From Rhodospirillaceae bacterium (GTDB lineage Bacteria > Pseudomonadota > Alphaproteobacteria > TMED109), in contig CACMKJ010000001.1 of assembly GCA_902614225.1 (NCBI GenBank), positions 12,032 through 76,031 on the forward strand: a stretch of DNA of 64,000 nucleotides. The letters run 5' to 3'. The stretch's first letter is position 1; every line of letters starts with the position of its first letter. The notes below the pieces were generated by a model that was not told the origin of the DNA, made no database searches, and saw nothing but the letters and a program-made list of their open reading frames with translations. A program made the position numbers and the translations under genes. Shown here in pieces: positions 17,955 to 28,548 of the stretch.

Positions 17955-18357
17955 TAAAACTTTACAATTAATTTTTTTTGCTATTTTCTTTATTCAAATT
18001 AATACAAACTCAGTTCGAGCAAAAGACATCGATGCTGGAGAAATTTATAAAATTTGCAAAGATTATTTTCATTGGGTTAATAAGAATTACGATATACCTG
18101 TAGATAGTAAGACATTATTTAATATGGGAAAGTGTCAAGGTATTATGGAAACTTTGGGAAGAACTATGACTACATTATGTTTGGAAAAAAAAAGAAATGT
18201 TAATATAAACAATAAGTTAACAGCCAACCTAAATGGCATAAAAACTATTGATTTAATACAGAGTTTTTTGAAACATGCCTCTCAAGATAATAAATTAAGG
18301 TCTTATTCTGCTACTAGTTACTTAGCAGATTTTATAAGTCAGAAATGGCCCTGCTAA
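17941..18357 (+). CDS. Secreted Rap1a/Tai-like (amidase-effector immunity fold) protein
   Basis: Signal peptide; GEIYKIC...KCQGI...C...terminal WPC; SD GGAGGT. Confidence 0.65.
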   Translation: MFLSNKTLQLIFFAIFFIQINTNSVRAKDIDAGEIYKICKDYFHWVNKNYDIPVDSKTLFNMGKCQGIMETLGRTMTTLCLEKKRNVNINNKLTANLNGIKTIDLIQSFLKHASQDNKLRSYSATSYLADFISQKWPC

Positions 18358-18383
18358 TAGAATAAACAAACATGTTTAATAAT

Positions 18384-18400
18384 TGCCTAATTTTTAAGCA
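18384..18400. promoter_or_regulatory. Putative NtrC/NtrX-type site upstream of gltB
   Basis: TGCCTAATTTTTAAGCA (TGC-N11-GCA with an A/T-rich core), about 130 nt upstream of gltB. Confidence 0.45.
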
Positions 18401-18531
18401 CAATGATTACTTATTAGATTTGATTTTTTTCCAACTGTAATTATAATCTTAATTCTTATTAATACTAGTAATTAGATAATTATTTCCTAGTTAATTAATA
18501 TAATATTGGTAATAGCAGTTAAAAAAGATAA

Positions 18532-21500
18532 ATGGACAAAATTAGACAACAAAAAATAGGACTTTATGATCCTAAAAATGAGCATGATGCTTGTGGTATA
18601 GGTTTTGTAGCAAACATTAAGGGTGTAAAGTCACACTCAATAGTTAATGATGCATTAGAAATGCTTGAGAATTTGGAGCACAGAGGTGCAGTAGGTTCAG
18701 ATAAATCAGTTGGTGATGGAGCAGGTATTTTAACTCAAATTCCCGATGAGTATTTTAGAGAAGTTTTACTTAAATCTAAAACAAAGCTACCCCCCATTGG
18801 CAATTATGGCATAGCCATGGTGTTCTTTCCTAAGGAAAAAAGTTTAGATGCAAAATGTAAAAAAATAATAAAAGCAGTTTTAAATGACCACAAAATGGAA
18901 GTTTTTTTTAGAAGGTTAGTCCCATTAGACAATAATGTATTATCAAAAGTTATGAAAAATAGTGCCCCTTCAATTGAGCAATTATTCATTAAAGGAAAAA
19001 GTGCAAAACTTAATGGTGATAACTTAAATCTAAAACTGTTTGTAGTTGGTAAAATAATAAGCAATAAGATCAGTTTGTTAAGTAAAAAAAATAAGCTGCT
19101 GCAAATTTTCAATATTTGTTCAATTTCTAATAGTACGATTAATTATAAGGGAATGCTACTATCAGATTTAGTAAGAAAATACTTTACAGATTTAAATCAA
19201 GAAAGTTATAAAAGTAATTTTGCATTAATTCATCAAAGATTTTCTACAAATACTTTTCCCTCTTGGGATCTTGCACAACCTTTTAAGATGATTTGTCATA
19301 ATGGAGAAATTAATACAGTTAGAGGAAATGTAAATTGGATGAACGCAAGAAAACTTGCTATGAAAAGCAAAAGACTTGGCAACGATATAAAAAAAATATG
19401 GCCATTAATAGAATATGGACAGTCTGACTCAGCTTGCTTTGACAATGCATTAGAATTGCTTGTTCTGAGTGGTTATAGTGTTGCTCAAGCTATGATGTTG
19501 TTAATACCAGAGGCATGGCAAAATTCTAAGCTAATGAGTAAAGAAAAGAAGGCTTTCTACCAATATTATTCACTTTTTTCAGAGCCGTGGGACGGACCAG
19601 CTGCTGTAGCTTTTACAGATGGAAAACAAATTGGAGCTACTTTGGATAGGAATGGACTTAGGCCTGCTAGATATTTTATTACTGATGATGATAGGATAGT
19701 TTTATCTTCAGAAATGGGAGTACTTAGGGTACCTGAAAATAAAATAATTGAGAAATTTAGATTAAGGCCAGGAAAAATGCTTCTAGTAGATTTGAAAGCA
19801 GGGAAAATTATACAGGATGAGGAATTAAAACAACAGATTATCGGAAAAAATGATTATAAAAAAATAATTAAAAAGAATTTAATTCCTATAGACAAATTAA
19901 AAGTTAGAAAAAAATTAAGGCATAAAGAAATATCGGATATCCAATTTTATTTAAATACATTTGGATATACTGAAGAGGATACTAAATTTTTAATAGAACC
20001 AATGCTTGCCAATAGGGCTGAAGCGACTGGTTCTATGGGAACTGATACACCACTAGCTATTTTATCTGATAAGCAAAAACTTCTTTACAATTACTTTAAA
20101 CAAAATTTTGCTCAGGTTACAAACCCTGCAATTGATCCTATTAGAGAAGAGACTGTTATGAGTTTATTTTCTTATTTAGGCGCAAGAGCAAACTTATTAA
20201 ATTTAGAACTTGATGAAAAAAAAAGAATTTTTCTCAAACAACCTATACTTAATAATTATGATATCTACAAAATATCTGATTTGGGTAAAAAAGATAAAAA
20301 AAACTTTAAGAATAAAAGAATAAATATACTGTTTAACAAAAATGATAGCTTAAATAATGTTTCTAAAAAATTAAATTATATAAAGACACTAGCAGAAAAA
20401 TCAGTTAGAGAGGATAAAACAAAGATTTTAATTTTATCTGATAAAAACATTTCTTCTGAGGAAGTGGCCTTTCCATCATTACTTGCAGTTTCTGCAGTGC
20501 ACCATCATCTTATAAAAAAAGGACTTAGAACTGAATGCAGTATTATTGCTGAGTCAGGGGAGGCCAGAGAGGTACACCATTTTTGTGTATTAGCTGGTTA
20601 TGGTGCGGAAGCAGTCTACCCTTATCTAGCATTGGAGACAGTAAAGGGGTTAGCAAAAGATTATAAGCAAAATTCAAAGAATAACTTTAGTGATATAGAA
20701 AAAAACTTTGTGACAGCAGTGGGAAAAGGAATTTTGAAGGTAATGTCCAAAATGGGTATTTCAACTTATCAATCTTATAATGGGGCACAAATTTTTGATG
20801 CTGTAGGCCTAAATTCTAAGTTTATTGAGGATTATTTTACAGGTACCTCTTCACTCATTGAGGGAGCAGGCCTCGAAGAAATAATTATGGAAACAAAAAA
20901 AAGACATCAAGCTGCTTTAAATCTTAAAGCTTTGAAAAAAAATGAATTAGATGTTGGAGGAGAATATGCTTATAGAATTAAAGGAGAAAATCATGCATGG
21001 GACCCTTTTTCAATAAGTACACTACAACATTCAATAAAGTCAAATAACCAAGATAAATATAATGAATATGCAAATTATATAAATGGCGAAAGAAAAGGAA
21101 TTTTAAACCCAAGAAGCTTGTTTTCCATTAAAAAAGCAAAAAAGAAAATTAATCTTAAAGATGTGGAGCCTGCTGAAAGTATAGTAAAAAGATTTTCTAC
21201 TGGCGCTATGTCTTTTGGATCAATAAGTAGAGAAGCGCACACTACACTTGCAATTGCAATGAATTCACTTGGAGGAAGATCAAACACGGGAGAAGGAGGA
21301 GAAGAAAGGGATAGATATAAATTAAGAAAAAATGGTGATAACTTAAAAAGTGCTATAAAACAGGTCGCATCAGGTAGATTTGGAGTGACTACTGAGTATT
21401 TAGTAAATAGTACTGATATACAAATCAAAATAGCTCAAGGAGCAAAGCCAGGTGAAGGAGGACAGTTACCGGGCCATAAAGTTGACCAAGTTATAGCAGA

Positions 21501-23145
21501 TGTAAGATTTTCTACTCCTGGCGTTGGATTGATATCTCCACCACCACATCATGACATATATTCAATTGAAGATTTAGCACAATTGATTTTTGATTTAAAA
21601 AATGTAAATCCAAAGGCCAGAATTTCAGTAAAACTAGTTTCTGAAATAGGGGTTGGAACAGTAGCTGCAGGAGTAGCAAAATCCAAAGCAGATCACATAA
21701 CAATTTCTGGGTTTGAAGGTGGAACTGGAGCGAGTCCACTTACCTCTATAAAGCACGCTGGATCGCCATGGGAACTAGGTTTAGCAGAAACTCAGCAAAC
21801 CTTAGTGCTCAATAATTTAAGAAGCAGAATTTCTTTACAGGTTGATGGAGGTTTAAGAACTGGAAAAGATGTAATAATAGGAGCTTTGTTAGGTGCAGAT
21901 GAATTTGGATTTTCTACAGCGCCTCTAATATCAATAGGTTGTATTATGATGAGAAAATGTCATCTTAATACTTGTCCTGTAGGCATAGCTACGCAAAGAC
22001 CAGAACTGAGGAAAAAATTTAAAGGTACTCCAGATGACGTTATCAGGTTTTTCTTTTTTATAGCAGAAGAGGTAAGAAATATTTTAGCTGAAATGGGTTT
22101 CAAAAAGTTAGATGAAATAATTGGAAGAACAGATAAGTTGCAGTTTAATAAAGCTATTTCAAATTGGAAGACTAAAGGATTAGATTTTAGTAAACTTTTT
22201 TATTCTCCAAAAAAAGTAAAAGGAGTTGATATATTTAATACTCAGAAACAAGAACATAACTTAAAATATATTAAAGACAGGAAATTTATAAAAATTTTTA
22301 ATAGTAGTTATAAAAATAATAAGCAGATAGTCATAGATGATAAAATTAAGAATACAGATAGATCACTAGGGGCAATGTTTTCTGGCTACCTAGCTAAAAA
22401 ATTTGGTCATGAAGGCTTAAAAGAAGATACAGTAAAGATTAATTTAAGGGGAACAGCAGGGCAGTCTTTTGCAGCATTTACATCATATGGTGTTACTCTT
22501 AACTTAGAAGGAGAAGGTAATGACTATGTAGGCAAGGGTTTGTGTGGAGGAAAAATAGTTATTAAACCAACACCAGACTCACAAATAATTCCAGAAAAAA
22601 GTATAATTGTTGGAAATACAGTATTGTATGGAGCTATTGCAGGTGAATGTTACTTTAGAGGTATTGCAGGAGAGAGATTCGCAGTCAGAAACTCGGGGGC
22701 CTGGGCAGTAATTGAAGGAATAGGAGATCATGGTTGTGAATATATGACAGGTGGTGTTGTTGTTTGTTTGGGTAAAACTGGTAAAAACTTTGGAGCTGGT
22801 ATGTCAGGAGGACTAGCTTATGTTTTAGATAAAGATAATAGTTTTATTAAAAATTGTAATTTATCATTAATTGAGTTATTAAAGGTTAAAAATATTAAGA
22901 ACCTTAATAAAAAAATACTAAATCATAAGTTTCTTAGCTCATATATGTTAAACTATCATGCTGAAAGAATATATTATTTGTTAAGAAGGCATTTTAACTA
23001 CACAAATAGTAAAAAAGCTTTTGATATATTAAGTAATTTTGATAATGAAATTAAAAATTTTAAATTGGTTCTTCCCACAGATTATAAACGAGCACTTTCT
23101 AAGAGCGACCAGGAAAGTAAAGTTAATATAGTAAAGAAAGGATAA
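18532..23145 (+). CDS. gltB: Glutamate synthase large subunit
   Basis: EHDACGIGF, HQRFSTNTFPSW, GAMSFGS, QGAKPGEGGQLPG, CIMMRKCHLNTCPVG. Confidence 0.99.
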   Translation: MDKIRQQKIGLYDPKNEHDACGIGFVANIKGVKSHSIVNDALEMLENLEHRGAVGSDKSVGDGAGILTQIPDEYFREVLLKSKTKLPPIGNYGIAMVFFPKEKSLDAKCKKIIKAVLNDHKMEVFFRRLVPLDNNVLSKVMKNSAPSIEQLFIKGKSAKLNGDNLNLKLFVVGKIISNKISLLSKKNKLLQIFNICSISNSTINYKGMLLSDLVRKYFTDLNQESYKSNFALIHQRFSTNTFPSWDLAQPFKMICHNGEINTVRGNVNWMNARKLAMKSKRLGNDIKKIWPLIEYGQSDSACFDNALELLVLSGYSVAQAMMLLIPEAWQNSKLMSKEKKAFYQYYSLFSEPWDGPAAVAFTDGKQIGATLDRNGLRPARYFITDDDRIVLSSEMGVLRVPENKIIEKFRLRPGKMLLVDLKAGKIIQDEELKQQIIGKNDYKKIIKKNLIPIDKLKVRKKLRHKEISDIQFYLNTFGYTEEDTKFLIEPMLANRAEATGSMGTDTPLAILSDKQKLLYNYFKQNFAQVTNPAIDPIREETVMSLFSYLGARANLLNLELDEKKRIFLKQPILNNYDIYKISDLGKKDKKNFKNKRINILFNKNDSLNNVSKKLNYIKTLAEKSVREDKTKILILSDKNISSEEVAFPSLLAVSAVHHHLIKKGLRTECSIIAESGEAREVHHFCVLAGYGAEAVYPYLALETVKGLAKDYKQNSKNNFSDIEKNFVTAVGKGILKVMSKMGISTYQSYNGAQIFDAVGLNSKFIEDYFTGTSSLIEGAGLEEIIMETKKRHQAALNLKALKKNELDVGGEYAYRIKGENHAWDPFSISTLQHSIKSNNQDKYNEYANYINGERKGILNPRSLFSIKKAKKKINLKDVEPAESIVKRFSTGAMSFGSISREAHTTLAIAMNSLGGRSNTGEGGEERDRYKLRKNGDNLKSAIKQVASGRFGVTTEYLVNSTDIQIKIAQGAKPGEGGQLPGHKVDQVIADVRFSTPGVGLISPPPHHDIYSIEDLAQLIFDLKNVNPKARISVKLVSEIGVGTVAAGVAKSKADHITISGFEGGTGASPLTSIKHAGSPWELGLAETQQTLVLNNLRSRISLQVDGGLRTGKDVIIGALLGADEFGFSTAPLISIGCIMMRKCHLNTCPVGIATQRPELRKKFKGTPDDVIRFFFFIAEEVRNILAEMGFKKLDEIIGRTDKLQFNKAISNWKTKGLDFSKLFYSPKKVKGVDIFNTQKQEHNLKYIKDRKFIKIFNSSYKNNKQIVIDDKIKNTDRSLGAMFSGYLAKKFGHEGLKEDTVKINLRGTAGQSFAAFTSYGVTLNLEGEGNDYVGKGLCGGKIVIKPTPDSQIIPEKSIIVGNTVLYGAIAGECYFRGIAGERFAVRNSGAWAVIEGIGDHGCEYMTGGVVVCLGKTGKNFGAGMSGGLAYVLDKDNSFIKNCNLSLIELLKVKNIKNLNKKILNHKFLSSYMLNYHAERIYYLLRRHFNYTNSKKAFDILSNFDNEIKNFKLVLPTDYKRALSKSDQESKVNIVKKG

Positions 23146-23153
23146 TTCAAAAT

Positions 23154-24554
23154 ATGGCGAAAGTTACAGGTTTCATAGAGCATAATAGAAAAGATAGACA
23201 GTATATTGATGTGAAACAAAGACTAAAAAATTTCAAAGAATTTATTAAGCCTCTAAATAAAAATGAATTGAAAAATCAAGCATCTAGGTGTATGGATTGT
23301 GGTATACCATATTGTCACTCTGGTTGTCCTGTAAATAATATTATTCCAGATTGGAATAATCTTGTTTATGAAGGAGACTTTAGGAAAGCTATTGAGGTTC
23401 TTCATTCAACAAATAACTTTCCAGAGTTCACTGGTCGTATTTGTCCAGCACCATGTGAAGCAGCATGTACCTTAAATATTGAAGATACCCCTGTAACAAT
23501 TAAAACCATAGAGTGCTCAATAGTTGATAAAGCATGGAGTAATGGTTGGATTAAACCAGTAATTGCACCAAAAAAAATTAATAAAAGTATTGCAATTATT
23601 GGCTCAGGTCCAGCGGGTTTAGCGGCCGCACAGCAATTAGCTCGAATTGGTTATAAGGTTACAGTTTTTGAAAAAAATAAAAAAATTGGAGGATTGCTGA
23701 GGTACGGAATACCTGACTTTAAGATGGAAAAGGATTTAATTGATAGAAGGGTTGATCAAATGAGGAAAGAGGGTATTAATTTCAAAACTTCCATTGAAGT
23801 GGGTAGTGATATTACTCTAACAGAAATTAAGAAGAAATTTAATGCCATACTAATAACTATTGGCTCTGAGGAATCTCGAGATTTGAATATTCCTGGCAGA
23901 AATGTTGAAGGAATTTATCCTGCTATGGACTTCTTGCCATTACAAAATAAAGCAGTTTCTGGAGAGATTAAAAATAATGAAATTGGAATTAATGCAAAAG
24001 ATAAACATGTAGTAGTCATTGGGGGTGGTGATACAGGATCCGACTGTATTGGAACATCTTTTAGACAAGGCGCAAAAAAAGTTACTCAGTTAGAGATTAT
24101 GCCTATGCCTCCAAAAAAAGAAAATAAAGAACTAACTTGGCCATACTGGCCTCATAAATTAAGAACCTCTTCATCTCAGGAAGAAGGTGCAGTTAGAGAC
24201 TGGTCAGTTATGACTAAATCTTTTGAAACTGCTAATGGTAAGGTTAAGGGACTAAAATGTGTTAAATTAGACTCCTCCTTGAAACCAATTAAAAATTCAG
24301 AGTTTTTTATCAAGGCTGATTTAGTGCTTTTAGCTATGGGTTTTGTTCATCCTAAACACGACGGCTTAGTAGATCAGTCTAGACTTAAAAAAGATGAAAA
24401 AGGAAATTTATCAGCAAATACTAAAAATTATATGACATCAGAGAAGAACATTTATGCAGCAGGTGATGCAAGAAGGGGTCAGTCATTAGTAGTATGGGCT
24501 ATAAGAGAAGGAAGAGAAGCAGCTTTAGCTATTCATAATCACTTGTCCTCTTGA
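23154..24554 (+). CDS. gltD: Glutamate synthase small subunit
   Basis: RCMDCGIPYCHSGCP, GRICPAPCEAAC, GSGPAG, GGGDTGSDC, GDARRGQSLVVWAI. Confidence 0.99.
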   Translation: MAKVTGFIEHNRKDRQYIDVKQRLKNFKEFIKPLNKNELKNQASRCMDCGIPYCHSGCPVNNIIPDWNNLVYEGDFRKAIEVLHSTNNFPEFTGRICPAPCEAACTLNIEDTPVTIKTIECSIVDKAWSNGWIKPVIAPKKINKSIAIIGSGPAGLAAAQQLARIGYKVTVFEKNKKIGGLLRYGIPDFKMEKDLIDRRVDQMRKEGINFKTSIEVGSDITLTEIKKKFNAILITIGSEESRDLNIPGRNVEGIYPAMDFLPLQNKAVSGEIKNNEIGINAKDKHVVVIGGGDTGSDCIGTSFRQGAKKVTQLEIMPMPPKKENKELTWPYWPHKLRTSSSQEEGAVRDWSVMTKSFETANGKVKGLKCVKLDSSLKPIKNSEFFIKADLVLLAMGFVHPKHDGLVDQSRLKKDEKGNLSANTKNYMTSEKNIYAAGDARRGQSLVVWAIREGREAALAIHNHLSS

Positions 24555-24578
24555 TAGTTTACCAAAATAGTCTATATT
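24554..24578. promoter_or_regulatory. IscR type-1-like operator in front of the rrf2-suf operon
   Basis: ATAGTTTACCAAAATAGTCTATATT resembles the IscR type 1 consensus (ATASYYGACTRWWWYAGTCRRSTAT) and overlaps TTGATA-16-TATATT. Confidence 0.55.
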
Positions 24579-24584
24579 ATAATC

Positions 24585-25001
24585 ATGATAAAGGTAACTA
24601 GATTAGCTGATTATGCAGTTTCAATTATTTATGCATTTAGTGGTTCTGAAAAAGAAATACTATCTTCTCAAAATATTGTGGAAAAAACGAAACTTCATAA
24701 AGCTACAGTAAATAAGTTATTAGCCCAGTTAGTAAAAAAAAACGTTTTAGAACCTTTTCGAGGTACTAAAGGAGGATATAGATTAAAGAAAGGTCTTGAT
24801 AATATTTCTATTAGAGAACTAATAGAGGCAATAGAAGGGCCTGTTTTACTTACAGATTGCCTGAATAAAAATGCTAATAATTGTAATCTATTTAATGTAT
24901 GTAATACGAAAAATATTTGGAGCTTTGTTAATACAGAAATAAATAATACTTTGGAAAATATAAAAATTAAGGACATTAAAAGTAAGAAATTTAATTACTA
25001 A
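24585..25001 (+). CDS. Rrf2 family SUF-system Fe-S regulator (IscR-like)
   Basis: TRLADYA, RGTKGGYRL, IEAIEGP, three Cys (DC...NC...VC). Confidence 0.92.
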   Translation: MIKVTRLADYAVSIIYAFSGSEKEILSSQNIVEKTKLHKATVNKLLAQLVKKNVLEPFRGTKGGYRLKKGLDNISIRELIEAIEGPVLLTDCLNKNANNCNLFNVCNTKNIWSFVNTEINNTLENIKIKDIKSKKFNY

Positions 25002-25027
25002 TATTTTAAAATTATAATAGGAAAATT

Positions 25028-26500
25028 ATGACAACAAGTGAAACTGCAAAAATAGTTGAAGAAGCCAGTGAATATAAGTATGGTTTCACAACAGATATTG
25101 AACAAGAGTTTGCTCCCAAAGGGTTAAATCATGATATAGTAAAGTTTATATCAAAGAAAAAAAATGAACCTCAATGGCTTCTAGACTGGAGATTAAATGC
25201 TTTTGATATGTGGAAAAACAGAGAGCATGAGATGCCTGAGTGGGCAAATTTAAAATATGATAGTATTGATTTTCAAGATATACATTATTTTGCCGCTCCA
25301 AAATCAGATGAAGAAAAACCAAAATCATTGGATGAAATAGATCCTGAATTGCTGAGAGCTTATAATAAATTAGGTATTCCACTTAAAGAACAAGAGTTTT
25401 TAGCTGGCATTAAAAATAGTCATAAAGTAGCGGTTGACGCTGTGTTTGATAGCGTTTCAGTAGCAACAACCTTTAAAGATGAATTAAATAAATTAGGAAT
25501 CATTTTTTGTTCTTTTTCTGAAGCTGTGCAAAATCATCCTGATTTAGTGAAAAAATACTTGGGAAGTGTAGTGCCTACAAATGATAATTTTTTTTCTAAT
25601 TTGAATTCAGCAGTCTTTAGTGATGGATCATTTGTTTACATTCCCCCTAACGTCAAATGTCCAATGGAACTAAGTACTTATTTCAGAATAAATGCGGCTA
25701 ATACTGGTCAGTTTGAAAGAACATTAATCATTGCTGATAGAGGATCTTATGTATCTTACCTTGAGGGATGTACAGCTCCTATGAGGGATGAAAATCAACT
25801 ACATGCAGCAGTAGTAGAGCTAGTTGCCTTAGAAAATGCAGAAATAAAATATTCTACGGTACAAAATTGGTATCCTGGAGATAAAAATGGTAAAGGAGGA
25901 ATATATAATTTTGTAACAAAGAGAGGAACTTGTTTAGGTGATAACTCAAAAATTTCCTGGACTCAGGTAGAAACTGGATCAGCGGTAACCTGGAAATACC
26001 CAAGCGTAATTTTAAAAGGAGACAATTCCAAAGGAGAATTTTATTCAGTAGCGCTATCTAATAACATGCAGCAGGCTGATACTGGTACAAAGATGATTCA
26101 TTTAGGTAAAAATACTTCTTCTAGAATTGTATCAAAAGGAATCTCTGCTGGTAAGGGCCAACAAACTTATAGAGGATTAGTCAACGTATTACCAAATGCA
26201 ACTAATACTAAAAACTTTACTCAGTGTGATTCTTTATTAATAGGAAATGACTGTGGTGCACATACTGTACCTTATATTAATGTTAGAAACGAACTTTCTG
26301 ATGTAGCTCATGAAGCAACCACTTCTAAAATTAGTGAAGAGCAACTTTATTATTGTAGACAAAGAGGAATAAATGAAGAAGATGCAACAGCACTAATAGT
26401 TAATGGGTTTTGTAGAGAAGTATTGAAAAATCTCCCAATGGAGTTTGCAGTGGAAGCAAAAAAATTATTAGAGTTAAGTTTAGAGGGAGCAGTAGGTTAG
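25028..26500 (+). CDS. sufB: Fe-S cluster assembly protein SufB
   Basis: [35 protein letters not shown]. Confidence 0.98.
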   Translation: MTTSETAKIVEEASEYKYGFTTDIEQEFAPKGLNHDIVKFISKKKNEPQWLLDWRLNAFDMWKNREHEMPEWANLKYDSIDFQDIHYFAAPKSDEEKPKSLDEIDPELLRAYNKLGIPLKEQEFLAGIKNSHKVAVDAVFDSVSVATTFKDELNKLGIIFCSFSEAVQNHPDLVKKYLGSVVPTNDNFFSNLNSAVFSDGSFVYIPPNVKCPMELSTYFRINAANTGQFERTLIIADRGSYVSYLEGCTAPMRDENQLHAAVVELVALENAEIKYSTVQNWYPGDKNGKGGIYNFVTKRGTCLGDNSKISWTQVETGSAVTWKYPSVILKGDNSKGEFYSVALSNNMQQADTGTKMIHLGKNTSSRIVSKGISAGKGQQTYRGLVNVLPNATNTKNFTQCDSLLIGNDCGAHTVPYINVRNELSDVAHEATTSKISEEQLYYCRQRGINEEDATALIVNGFCREVLKNLPMEFAVEAKKLLELSLEGAVG

Positions 26501-26502
26501 TT

Positions 26503-27240
26503 GTGCTAGAAATTAAAAATTTGTCTGTATCAGTGCAGAATAAAACTATTATTAATAGCTTAAACCTGAAAATAGAAAGAGGTAAAAAAGTTGCTATAAT
26601 GGGTCCTAATGGATCTGGTAAATCAACATTATCAAATGTTATTGCTGGAAAGCAAGGCTATCAAATTAATGATGGGCAAATCTTTTTTAATGATATTAAT
26701 ATTTTTGACCTAGATCCAGAAGAAAGAGCTGCTAAGGGTATTTATTTAGCATTTCAGTATCCTGTAGAAATACCGGGAATTGCAAATAGTTCTTTTTTAA
26801 GAACGGCACTGAACTCAATTAGAAAGTATAATGGTGAGAAAGATTTAAACACAAGAGAGTTTTTAGAAGAATGCAAAAATTTGAGTAAGAAACTAAACCT
26901 TGATACTAGTTTTTTATCTAGGGATTTAAATACTGGCTTTTCTGGTGGAGAAAAGAAGAAAAATGAGATTTTTCATATGTTAATGATAAAACCTAAACTT
27001 TGTATATTAGACGAAATAGACTCAGGTTTAGACATTGATGCTTTAAAGGTAATATCCGATGGGGTATCTGAATACAGTAATGAAAATAATAGTTTGCTTA
27101 TTATAACTCATTATCAAAGGTTGTTAGAATATATTAAGCCTGATGAAGTTCATATTTTTAATGAAGGTAAAATCATTAAATCTGGAGATTACAGTTTAGT
27201 TGAAAAACTAGAAGAAAAAGGCTATCAGGAGTTTGTCTAA
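26503..27240 (+). CDS. sufC: Fe-S cluster assembly ATPase SufC
   Basis: GPNGSGKS, FQYPVEIPG, FSGGEKK, LDEIDSGLDIDA. Confidence 0.98.
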   Translation: MLEIKNLSVSVQNKTIINSLNLKIERGKKVAIMGPNGSGKSTLSNVIAGKQGYQINDGQIFFNDINIFDLDPEERAAKGIYLAFQYPVEIPGIANSSFLRTALNSIRKYNGEKDLNTREFLEECKNLSKKLNLDTSFLSRDLNTGFSGGEKKKNEIFHMLMIKPKLCILDEIDSGLDIDALKVISDGVSEYSNENNSLLIITHYQRLLEYIKPDEVHIFNEGKIIKSGDYSLVEKLEEKGYQEFV

Positions 27241-28548
27241 TTGTACTTGAAAGAATATATAAATAAATTAAAGACTGGTAATTTTCTTGATGAAAAAAAA
27301 TGGCTAGATCAAAACGCAATATTAGAAACTATAAGTGAAGAAATTCCAGGATCTGGAACTGAAGAGTGGAAAAATTTTAGAACTAATTCAATAAAAGAAA
27401 CTAGCTGGAAAGTTCTAGTAGAGAGTTCCATTAAACAAAATTATCTTAAAAAAGAACAGCATAAATTACCTAATAGTATATGTTTTATTGATGGACATTA
27501 CAGTCTAGAAGCTTCATCATTGAGAAAAAATAGTGATATTAATATATTTTCGTTGTCAGATTATATTTATAAAAATCCAGAATTTAAAAGTACATTATTT
27601 AATAAGCCATCTGATTATGCTGAAAACAGATTATCAGGTATAAAAGATAAAAAACCAACTTATTTTATTTCACTTAATAGTCTTTTAAGTTCTGGTACAG
27701 TAATTGAAGTTGAAAAAGCTAAAAATATAAGCGAAACAATAAATATAATTCATAGTTTTTCTAACATAGACTCAGAAATAGTCATTAACCCTTATATTAT
27801 TATTGTATGTAAAGAAGGTTCAAAAGTTTCTTTTCAAGAGATTTCCCAAAATGTAGAATCATGGAATAATACTTTTAAAGAGATTTTTATTAGTAAAGAT
27901 TCAAACCTAACCTTTTCAAGTTTACAAGAAAGAATATCTAAAGGAATTAAAACTTCTTCAATCAATTGTCATATTGATGAGAATGCAAAACTAAATTTAA
28001 AAGTTTTAAATAGAGAAAGATCAAAAGAAGATATTAGAGTTTTTTTAAACAAAGAAAATTCTATAGCCAATATTTCAGGAATAATTTTATCTAATAACAA
28101 AGACGAATCTGATGTTTTTTGTAAAGTAACACACAAAGGACAAGCTTCTAAAAGTGATCAAAAATGGAGACTAATCAGCGCTAAAAATAGTAAAACTGCT
28201 ATCAATGGAAAAATCTGCGTTAACAAAAATGCAAAAGGTAGTGATGCTAGTTTTTATTCTAAGTCTTTGTTACTGAATAGGAAAGCAACATCTTTCTCTA
28301 AGCCTGAACTAGAAATATTAGAAGATGATGTTAAATGCAAGCATGGAGCATCTTTTGGAGAGATAGACAATAATAGTGTTTTTTATATGCAAAGTAGAGG
28401 TATTAAAAAAAAAGATGCCATAATTTTGTTAATTCATGCGTTTATTAATGAAATAGGTTTAGACATTGAAGACGATAGTGAGTTGAGTAAAAATCTGATA
28501 GATGAATTTTTCAACCAAATAAATGAAAGTAATAGTTTATATGAATAA
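27241..28548 (+). CDS. sufD: Fe-S cluster assembly protein SufD
   Basis: EEWK, KPELEILEDDVKCKHGA, FYMQSRGI; operon position. Confidence 0.92.
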   Translation: MYLKEYINKLKTGNFLDEKKWLDQNAILETISEEIPGSGTEEWKNFRTNSIKETSWKVLVESSIKQNYLKKEQHKLPNSICFIDGHYSLEASSLRKNSDINIFSLSDYIYKNPEFKSTLFNKPSDYAENRLSGIKDKKPTYFISLNSLLSSGTVIEVEKAKNISETINIIHSFSNIDSEIVINPYIIIVCKEGSKVSFQEISQNVESWNNTFKEIFISKDSNLTFSSLQERISKGIKTSSINCHIDENAKLNLKVLNRERSKEDIRVFLNKENSIANISGIILSNNKDESDVFCKVTHKGQASKSDQKWRLISAKNSKTAINGKICVNKNAKGSDASFYSKSLLLNRKATSFSKPELEILEDDVKCKHGASFGEIDNNSVFYMQSRGIKKKDAIILLIHAFINEIGLDIEDDSELSKNLIDEFFNQINESNSLYE

